From Xanthomonas campestris pv. campestris str. ATCC 33913 (GTDB lineage: Bacteria; Pseudomonadota; Gammaproteobacteria; Xanthomonadales; Xanthomonadaceae): 32,000 nt of DNA. This document shows, one piece after another, positions 24,904 through 32,000 of the stretch (within the stretch, counting starts at the first letter, position 1; the number at the start of each line of letters is the position of its first letter). The stretch lies in contig NC_003902.1 in NCBI RefSeq assembly GCF_000007145.1, positions 2,047,436 through 2,079,435 of the forward strand, written 5' to 3'. Position numbers and translations under genes: made by a program. Below the pieces are notes generated by a model. The model was not told the DNA's origin, made no database searches, and saw only the letters and a program-made list of their open reading frames with translations.

Positions 24904-25615
24904 GTCGCCGACCGGATTCAAGACCTGGCTGCAGCGCAATGCGTGGCGGTTCGGCCTGCTGTTTGCGGGCGTGCTGCTGCCGCTGGGATTGTTCGTCGAC
25001 CTCGCCGACGAAGTGCATGAGCTGGAAAACTTCTATTTCGACGAACCGTTGCTGTGGAGCCTGCGCAGCATTGCCTCGCCGGGGCTGGATGCGTTCTTCA
25101 GCATCGTCTCTAAAGTTGGTTACCAGTACGGCGTGATCCCGCTGGATATCGCGATCGTGCTGGTGTTGCTGGTGCTGCGGCGCTGGCGCGAAGGCACCTT
25201 CGCCGCGCTTGGGTTTGTGGGCTCGGCGTTGCTCAACCTGGGCGCCAAGCAGTTCTTTCAGCGGCACCGGCCCAGCCTGTGGGAATCGATCGCCCCGGAA
25301 AGCACTTTCAGCTTTCCCAGTGGCCACGCGATGGGCTCGATGACCCTGGCGGCCGTGGTGATTGCATTGGCGTGGCGTACGCGTTGGCGCTGGCCGGTGA
25401 CCAGTGTTGCCGGCCTGTTCGCGCTGCTGGTCGGTGTCTCGCGCATCTACCTGGGCGTGCATTATCCCTCCGACATCCTCGGCGGCTGGTCGGCTGCATT
25501 GGTGTGGGTGGTGGGCCTGTATCTGGTGATGTTTCGCGGTATGCGGCGCCCGCATTGGCGCACGCCGAGCGGGGCGGTGGTGGAGCGGCCCGGGCGCGTG
25601 CCGTTCGCTGATTAA
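24884..25615 (+). CDS. PAP2-family phosphatase (membrane; lipid-phosphate or undecaprenyl-diphosphate phosphatase type)
   Basis: The three acid-phosphatase motifs are present: [15 protein letters not shown] and [12 protein letters not shown]. There are several TM helices. Its ATG overlaps the ispG 3' end by 20 nt. Confidence 0.8.
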   Translation: MSVGPAESPTGFKTWLQRNAWRFGLLFAGVLLPLGLFVDLADEVHELENFYFDEPLLWSLRSIASPGLDAFFSIVSKVGYQYGVIPLDIAIVLVLLVLRRWREGTFAALGFVGSALLNLGAKQFFQRHRPSLWESIAPESTFSFPSGHAMGSMTLAAVVIALAWRTRWRWPVTSVAGLFALLVGVSRIYLGVHYPSDILGGWSAALVWVVGLYLVMFRGMRRPHWRTPSGAVVERPGRVPFAD

Positions 25616-25758
25616 GGGCGACTCACGAACCGACTGCGCAGCCGCAAGGCGGGTGCGGCCGGTGCTCAGCATCAGAGCCATTCCCACTTTGTACTCTGCG
25701 GCTCCTGCGCGCCGTGCACGCCCGCCTGACCACCGTTCGCTAGGGGGTGGCAGCGGCC

Positions 25759-27020
25759 CTAAGAAATGCTGACACGCTCCCGTTGCCACAAGCGAGCGCC
25801 AACGATGGCTCCGATGGATGCCAGCAGAATCACGTAATACGCCGGCCCCATCGGGTGTTGCTTGAGCAGCAGCACCACGAGCAACGGGGTCAGGCCGCCG
25901 AACACGGCATAGCCCAGGTTGTAGGCAAACGACACGCCGGACAGACGCACCACCGGTGGAAACGCCTCGACCATCACGCGGGGAATCGCACCCAGCACGC
26001 CCAGCGCAGCACCGAGCAGGGCATACAGCGGGAACAGCAGTTGCGGATCGCCTGCCAGGCGATAGAACAGCCATGCGCTGATGCCCAGGATCACGCTGCC
26101 GGCCAGCAGAACACGCCCGTTGCCCCAGCGGTCCGAGAGCGCGCCGGCCACCACCGAGCCGATGGCCTGCATGAGCACCGCCAGCAGGTTGGCCTGCAGC
26201 GCGACCGGTGCCGGATAGCCATACGCAGTCTGCAGCAGCGTGGGCGTCATCAGCGACACCACCAGCACTGCGGCGGCCACCACCCAGGTCAGCCACAACG
26301 ACAGCGCGAGACTGCGCGGGTGATCGCGCAGCACCACCTTCAGCGGCGTCTCGCGTGCCAGCGCGCGCATGGCCACCAACTCGGCGAACACGGGCGTTTC
26401 ATGCAGCCAACGCCGCAAATACACCGACAGCAGGCCGAAGATGCCGCCGGCCAGGAATGGCAGTCGCCAGGCGTATTCGGCGATCTCCTGCGGGGTGAAG
26501 GCGCGATTGAGTGCGCCGGCGCTCAGCGAACCAAGCAGCACGCCGGCAGCCAGGCCAGCCCTCTGCGCCGCGCGGGCACGTGTTCTGCAACGAACACCCA
26601 TGCGCTGGGAACCTCGCCGCCAATGGCTGCGCCTTGTAGCAGCCGCATCGTGAGCAGCAACAGCGGTGCCGCCACGCCGATCTGCGCGTAGGTCGGCAGC
26701 ACGCCGATAGCGAGCGTGGGCAGCGCCATCAACCCGATGCTCAGCGCGAACATGCGCTTGCGCCCGAGCAGGTCGCCGAAATGGGCCATCACAATGCCGC
26801 CCAGCGGGCGGATCAAATAGCCGGCGGCAAAAATGCCGAACGTCTGCAACTGCCGCGTCCATTCCGGAATGCCGGGCGGGAAGAACAACTCGCCCAGCAC
26901 CTTCGCGAAAAAGATGAAGATGATGAAGTCATAGAATTCCAGCGCGCCGCCCAGCGCGGACAAGCCCAGCGTTTTGTAATCGCGGCGGGTGAGTTGCGTT
27001 GGTAGGGCGTCGGTGGTCAT
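25759..27020 (-). pseudogene. MFS metabolite:H+ symporter (ProP/KgtP/ShiA-like) interrupted by a frameshift
   Basis: The N-terminal part is in track ORF 26523..27083, from ATG 27020: MTTDAL...FYDFIIFIFFA...GDLLGRKR...GGEVPSAWVFVAEHVPARRRGLA, followed by a stop after 11 more codons. The C-terminal part continues in another frame of ORF 25759..26862: ...GLAAGVLLGSLSAGALNRAF... through to the end. The frames switch near 26545-26570. The segment between RRG and the next TM helix looks several residues shorter than in family members I remember. Confidence 0.6.
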
Positions 27021-27214
27021 GCAATTGCATCCTGTCGCGGGTGGCGATGCACTGCCATTGAAGCTTGGTAACGCGCCGAGCATCCAATGCTAGCTGCCAT
27101 GCAGTGCCCTCGCTACGGCGTTTGGGGAATGGAATGCCGATGGCACCTATCAGACTTCACGCAAATACGCTGTTGCTTCGGTCAGGGGCGCCATTGCTGC
27201 GCCTTCACTGCGAA

Positions 27215-27919
27215 TCAGCCGGACACGCTTGCCAATGCCGCCGCCTCGGCGTGCAACGCGGTGGTGTCGAACAACGGCAGCTGCGCATCGGTGCTGTCCA
27301 CCAGCAGCGAAATCTCGGTGCACCCCAGGATGATCGCTTGCGCACCGTGCTGGCCGAGGTCGGCCATGACCTGACGGAAATAGTCGCGCGATTTCGGTTT
27401 GATCACGCCCTGGCACAACTCGTCGTAGATCACCCGATGCAGCTGTGCGCGTGCCTCGGCCGGCGGCACCAGCACATCCAAGCCCCGCGCTTCCAGTCGC
27501 TCGCGATAGAACGGCTGCTCCATGGTGAAGCGCGTACCAAGCAGCCCGACACGGAGGATGCCCGCGGCGACCAATGCATCGGCGGTGGCATCGGCGATGT
27601 GCAGCAGCGGCAGGGGCGTGGCGGCGGTGATCGCGTCAGCAACGCAGTGCATCGTGTTGGTGCACAGCACGATGAAGTCGGCGCCTCCGGCCTGCAGCGC
27701 ACGCGCTGCCGTGGCCATCGCCTGACCCGCCCCCTCCCAATCGCCGGCGTGCTGCAGCCGCTCGATGTCATGAAAATTGACGCTGTAAAGCAGCAGCTTC
27801 GCCGAGTGCAGGCCACCGCACGCATGGCGCAAGTGCTGGTTGATGATGCGGTAATAGGGCAGGGTGGATTCCCAGCTCATTCCGCCGATCAAACCAATGG
27901 TTTTCGTTGGGACCGGCAT
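27215..27919 (-). CDS. ygeA: Asp/Glu racemase family, YgeA-like amino-acid racemase
   Basis: It is near-collinear with E. coli YgeA as I remember it: KTIGLIGGMSWESTLPYYRIIN, and catalytic Cys motifs LCTNTMH and GCTEISLL. Confidence 0.85.
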   Translation of the reverse strand: MPVPTKTIGLIGGMSWESTLPYYRIINQHLRHACGGLHSAKLLLYSVNFHDIERLQHAGDWEGAGQAMATAARALQAGGADFIVLCTNTMHCVADAITAATPLPLLHIADATADALVAAGILRVGLLGTRFTMEQPFYRERLEARGLDVLVPPAEARAQLHRVIYDELCQGVIKPKSRDYFRQVMADLGQHGAQAIILGCTEISLLVDSTDAQLPLFDTTALHAEAAALASVSG

Positions 27920-28063
27920 GCGAACTCCACGTCAGTGCGGCGGATGGTAAATCGGAAACCTTACGGCGCAGGTGGTACGCAGTACGCGGCGACCGAAGTC
28001 TACGTTGCCATTGCCGAGGAGATGCATGGCCAGCGAGCCCATCCAGCTGCCGCGTGGACCCGC

Positions 28064-28972
28064 TCACTCACCCGGTTTGGCGCCTTCCACCGGCGCATGC
28101 GTCGCCGCGCGGCGTGCCAGCACGGTTTCGCGATGCGCGATGTACACGTTGGCAGAGATGATGATCGCCGCACCGATCACCGTGTGGCGCGCGATCGCTT
28201 CGCCGAACAGCCACCAACCCAGCAAGGCCACCAGTGGCAATTGCATGAAGCTGATCGGCTGCAACGCAGAGACTTCGCCCAGCTTGAGCGCACGCGTCCA
28301 GAACAGTTGCCCGGCGGTACCGAAGATGCCGGTGGCGATCAGCCATAGCCAGTCGATCCCGTGTGGCCAGGTCCACTGGAACAACGCGGGGATCAACGAC
28401 ATCGGCACCCAAAACACGTAGGTGTAGAACACCACCGTGTCCGAATCATCGCTACGCGAGAGCTGCTTGATCTGGATGGCGACCACCGCGCTGATCACCG
28501 CGGCCAGCAGTGCAATCAGCAGCCCGGGCGTGAACGTGGACGAGCCTGGCCGCAGGATCACCAGCACGCCCACAAACCCCGCCGCCACCGCCAGCCAGCG
28601 GCGCAGGCGCACCTGCTCGTGCAGCCAGATCACCGCCAGCACGGTGACAAACAACGGCGTGGAATACGACAACGAAATGGCCTGCGACAGCGGCAGATGC
28701 CCGATCGCCCAGAAGCCGCACAGCATCGAGGCCAGGCCGATCAACGTGCGCGCCAGGTATTGCGGTAACTGGCGCGTGCGCGGCAGCGGTTTGCCAGGGC
28801 GCACGATCAACGGCAGCAGCGCCAGCAGGCCGAATGCGTTACGAAAAAACGCAATCTCGGTCGTGGCGATGTCCTTGGACGCCAGCCGGATGGTGATGGC
28901 CATCAGGCCGAACGCAAATGTGCTGACCAGCATCCACAGCGCAGCGCGTGCCGACGCTGGCTGCGCCGTCAC
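28064..28972 (-). CDS. EamA/DMT-superfamily transporter
   Basis: There are ten predicted TM helices in two EamA repeats. The ORF track extends to 29173 inside murB. I prefer GTG 28972, which forms a GTGA overlap with the murB stop. ATG 28933 is the alternative start. Confidence 0.8.
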   Translation of the reverse strand: MTAQPASARAALWMLVSTFAFGLMAITIRLASKDIATTEIAFFRNAFGLLALLPLIVRPGKPLPRTRQLPQYLARTLIGLASMLCGFWAIGHLPLSQAISLSYSTPLFVTVLAVIWLHEQVRLRRWLAVAAGFVGVLVILRPGSSTFTPGLLIALLAAVISAVVAIQIKQLSRSDDSDTVVFYTYVFWVPMSLIPALFQWTWPHGIDWLWLIATGIFGTAGQLFWTRALKLGEVSALQPISFMQLPLVALLGWWLFGEAIARHTVIGAAIIISANVYIAHRETVLARRAATHAPVEGAKPGE

Positions 28973-30021
28973 CAATGCGCTCCGATCACGCGCGGCTCCG
29001 GTTCCAGGATCACCGAATACCGCTCCCGCACCGATTCGGCCACCTGGCGTGCGAATGCCAGCAGCTGCGCGCCGCTGGCACTGCCGTGATTGACCAGCAC
29101 CAAGGCATGCGCTTCGGAAATGCCGGCGTCGCCCTCGCGCTTGCCTTTCCAGCCGCATTGTTCGATCAGCCACGCTGCCGAGAGTTTCCCCTGGCCGGGC
29201 TGCTCGCCGGGGAACACCGGCATGTCGGCAAAGCTCGCCTGCAAGGCGGCAATCTGCTCGCTCGGCAGCAGCGGGTTCTTGAAGAAGCTGCCCGCATTAC
29301 CCAACACCTCCGGGTCAGGCAGCTTGCGCTGGCGGATGTTGATCACCGCCTGCGCCACATCGGCCGCGCCCGCAAGCTCGGCGCCCATGCGCGCGAGTTC
29401 GTCGCGGATGCCGGCATAGTCCAGCCGTAATTCGTGCAGCAGCGGCAGGTTGAATTCCACCGCCACGATCAGATACCGGTCCGGCTGCTGCTTGAACACG
29501 CTGTCGCGGTAGCCGAAGGCGCACTCGGCCGGGTTCAGCCGCACGAACTGCTCGGTGCCGCGGTCGTAGGCTTCCACCACGTGGATGAAGTCGCTGACCT
29601 GCGCGCCGTAGGCGCCGATGTTCTGGATCGGGCAGGCACCCACGGTGCCGGGAATCAGCGCCAGGTTTTCCAGGCCGGAAAGCCCCTGCTGCAGCGAATA
29701 CATCACCAGCCCGTGCCAATTGACCCCGGCGCCTGCGCGCACGATGGCGTGGTCGGCATGGTGGGCGATGATGGTGATGTCGCGGTTGTCGAAACACAGC
29801 ACACAGCCGGGCGGGTCGCCGGCCAGCAACACATTGCTGCCGCTGCCCAGCACCAGCAGTGGTTGCCCGGCGATCTGCGGCGCAGCCAGTGCGTCGGGCA
29901 GCGCCTCGGGCGCATGGATGTTCAACAGCCAGCGTGCCGTGGCATCCACATGAAAGGTATTGAGTGCGCGGAGCGGGGCGTGTTCGATGAGTTGCCAGCG
30001 CAGCGGCGATGCCGCGCTCAT
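28969..30021 (-). CDS. murB: UDP-N-acetylenolpyruvoylglucosamine reductase
   Basis: The FAD-binding region is [11 protein letters not shown]. Also present are [38 protein letters not shown] and [13 protein letters not shown]. Confidence 0.95.
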
Positions 30022-31073
30022 AGCGGCCCCACCGCGCCGCCACTGGGCGACTCACGGCGGCGCCGGATTGCATCCACGCACTCGCCGATCAAGCGCGGCC
30101 CGCGATAGACCAGGCCGCTGTAGCACTGCACCAGGCTGGCACCGGCGGCCATCTTGGCCACCGCATCGGCGCCGGACGTGATGCCGCCCACGCCGATCAA
30201 CGGAATGGACTCGGGCAGGCGTGCACGCAGGCGACGCAGCACCAGCGTGGATTGCCCCAGCAGCGGTGCGCCCGACAGGCCGCCGGCCTGCTCGGCCATC
30301 GGATGGCTGGCCACCAGGGTGCGCGTCACCGTGGTGTTGGTGGCGATCACGCCATCCACCGCCAGGTCAGCCAACACGCGTGCGGCCGCATCGATGTCGC
30401 GGTCGTTGAGGTCCGGTGCCACCTTCACCAGCATCGGCACGCGCTTGCCGTGTTGGGCGGCCAGGGCTTCCTGGGTTTCGCGCAGATCGGCGATCAGCCG
30501 GCGCAGCGCCTGTTCTTCCTGCAGCTCGCGTAAACCGGCGGTATTGGGCGAGGAAATGTTGACGGTGATGTAGTCGGCCAGCGGATACACGCGCTCCATG
30601 CAATAGCGGTAATCGCTGGTCGCTTCCTCGTTGGGCGTGTCCTTGTTCTTGCCGATGTTGATGCCGAGCAGGCCACCGCGCCGGCGCGCACGCTGCACGT
30701 TCTTCACCAGCACATCCACGCCCAGGTTGTTGAAGCCCATGCGGTTGATCACCGCCTGGTATTCGGGCAACCGGAACATGCGCGGCTTGGGATTGCCCTC
30801 CTGTGGCTTCGGCGTCACCGTGCCGATCTCGACAAACCCGAAGCCCAATGCCAGCAGCGCATCGATGTGCTCGCCGTTCTTGTCCAGCCCGGCGCCCAGG
30901 CCCACCGGGTTGGGGAACATCAGCCCGAAGGCAGGCGTGGGCAGGGGCACCGGCCGGGTGGCCACCAGCGCCGTGGTGCCGGTGCGGTAGGCGGTGTCGA
31001 TGGCGCGCAGGGCCAGCGCGTGGGCGCGCTCGGCGTCGAAGGCGAACAGGAAGGGGCGGGCGAGCGAATACAT
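30018..31073 (-). CDS. pyrD: Dihydroorotate dehydrogenase (quinone), class 2
   Basis: The start is ATG 31073 ([18 protein letters not shown]...); the track's 78-codon extension was rejected. [33 protein letters not shown] and GVGGI are present. Its stop overlaps the murB ATG as ATGA. Confidence 0.95.
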
Positions 31074-31078
31074 GCGGG

Positions 31079-31846
31079 TCAGTTCAATCTCCCGGCAAAC
31101 ACGCGGGTCTGGTAATGGAAATCGATGTGCCCATCCTGGGCATGTGCATCGAACAGGGCGCGCAGCGCGGCAAGCATCGGTGCATGCCGCGGATCGTGCG
31201 CCAGGGGCGCGTATGACGACGACAGCAAGCGGCCGCGCAAGGCCTCGAAGTCCAGCTGCTGCACGTTGGGAAACTTGGCCATCGCAACGAAACCCTCGCC
31301 GAACCACGCCTGCATGGTGGCATCGTCCTGGTAACGCTCGGCCACGGCGGTGTAGTCGGTGCCGTAGTCCAGCAACAGCTGCTCATAGCCGCGCAGGAAC
31401 GCGGTGCTGTCCAGTTCGCGGCTGTTCCAGTACACCACCGCCAGGCCGCCGGGTTTCAGGATGCGCGCCCATTCGGCACGCACCGCGAGCATGTCGAACC
31501 AATGGAAGGCCTGCGCCGCAGAGACCACATCCACGCTGGCATCGGCCAGCCCGGTGGCCTCGGCAGTGCCGTCGACCGCCCGGAATTTGGCATAGCTGGC
31601 CAGCCATTGCTGCGCTGCTTCGCGCATGGCCGGATTGGGTTCCACTGCGGTCACCGGGTAGCCGGCCTCCAGGAACAACCGGCTGGAAATCCCGGTGCCG
31701 GCACCGATGTCGGCCACGTGGTTGGCGGGCGTCACGCCGAGCTGCTCATGCAGCCAGCGCAAGACCTGCGGCGGGTAGCTGGGCCGGTAGCGCACGTATG
31801 CGGCCACCCGGTCGTTGAACCGTTGCGCGGAGGATGGCGCGGCCAT
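31079..31846 (-). CDS. Class I SAM-dependent methyltransferase (Methyltransf_11-like)
   Basis: The start is ATG 31846 ([25 protein letters not shown]). The SAM motif I is VADIGAGTG. An acidic loop (VEPN) and LKPGG are present. The gene ends 5 nt before the pyrD start. Confidence 0.8.
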
Positions 31847-31848
31847 GC

Positions 31849-32000
31849 TCACGCGTTTGCCGCCGCAAACCAGGCCAGGCCGCCGAAGAACAGGACGAAG
31901 ATCGCCACGCCCGCAATCCACATCGCCACCGAGATCCAGCCCAGGAGCAGGCCGCCAACAGCCAGCCCATCGCCTTCCAGGCCTTGCGGATTGCGCCGGA
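31849..32000 (-). CDS. 3' end of a membrane protein gene (start lies outside the window)
   Basis: This gene is not in the ORF track because it has no in-window start. A minus-strand frame is open from the window edge and reads ...RRNPQGLEGDGLAVGGLLLGWISVAMWIAGVAIFVLFFGGLAWFAAANA-stop. The stop (TGA, 31851-31849) is 2 nt before the methyltransferase ATG. It has two hydrophobic helices and core-like G/C third positions. Confidence 0.45.
   Translation of the reverse strand, partial: RRNPQGLEGDGLAVGGLLLGWISVAMWIAGVAIFVLFFGGLAWFAAANA

Noticed and set aside
21574-24939. ORFs 21574..22497 (+), 22305..23633 (+) and 23599..24939 (-) opposite regA, regB and ispG
   Set aside because: They are antisense shadows. 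The sense genes carry complete REC/HTH, H-box/HATPase and IspG Fe-S motifs.
27019-27030. Perfect 12-bp palindrome ATGCAATTGCAT abutting the MFS start codon
   Set aside because: A 6+6 perfect palindrome is expected by chance several times in 32 kb. There is no second copy and no supporting context, and the gene it precedes is broken.
27065-28348. ORF 27065..28348 (+, 427 aa) spanning the racemase and EamA region
   Set aside because: It is antisense to two well-supported minus-strand genes and crosses their intergenic spacer. It has no motifs.
28921-29045. Apparent extra base or frameshift at the murB/EamA junction during my first hand reading
   Set aside because: Re-reading against three independent ORF-track frames (murB, EamA and the plus-strand ORF 28437..29093) showed that it was my own one-base indexing slip. 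Both genes are intact. I keep it as a warning that hand-derived coordinates may be off by 1-2 nt.
1-32000. Search for CRISPR arrays, IS elements or terminal inverted repeats, integrases, phage genes, known defence or secretion-system genes, and rRNA
   Set aside because: None was seen on either strand. The only RNA gene is tRNA-Glu, and the only toxin-like sequence is the decayed zeta-like relic.

Overview
This is a 32-kb chromosomal segment from a high-GC gamma-proteobacterium. Gene content and order look Xanthomonas-like, which is inference only because no search was run. I call about 26 intact CDS, 2 probable pseudogenes and 1 tRNA. From left to right: (i) A roughly 1.7-kb low-GC islet at the left edge holds a window-truncated MASE1/UhpB-like membrane sensor whose kinase motifs look degenerate, convergent with an orphan secreted protein. 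(ii) A small conserved gene lies divergent from amiC-folE2, and the shared spacer contains a Zur-box-like palindrome. (iii) tRNA-Glu(CUC). (iv) The housekeeping run pcnB-folK-panB-panC-panD-pgi. (v) A decayed zeta-toxin-like ATPase relic. (vi) phoX, with a candidate Pho box. (vii) A glycan-use group: GH3 beta-glucosidase lipoprotein, Na+/sugar symporter and GH5_8 mannanase, interrupted by a GAF-degenerate GGDEF-EAL protein. (viii) regB-regA divergent from ispG, followed by a PAP2 phosphatase. (ix) A frameshifted MFS transporter and a ygeA-like racemase. (x) A tightly packed minus-strand operon: membrane protein 3' end, methyltransferase, pyrD, murB, EamA. I see no CRISPR array, IS element, integrase, prophage or recognisable defence system. 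Most of the window is ordinary core genome. The left-edge islet is the only place where something genuinely uncharacterised may sit, and it continues outside the window. Many long ORFs in the track are antisense shadow ORFs typical of high-GC DNA and were rejected. Hand-derived coordinates for non-ORF features were anchored on ORF-track frames but may be off by 1-2 nt.
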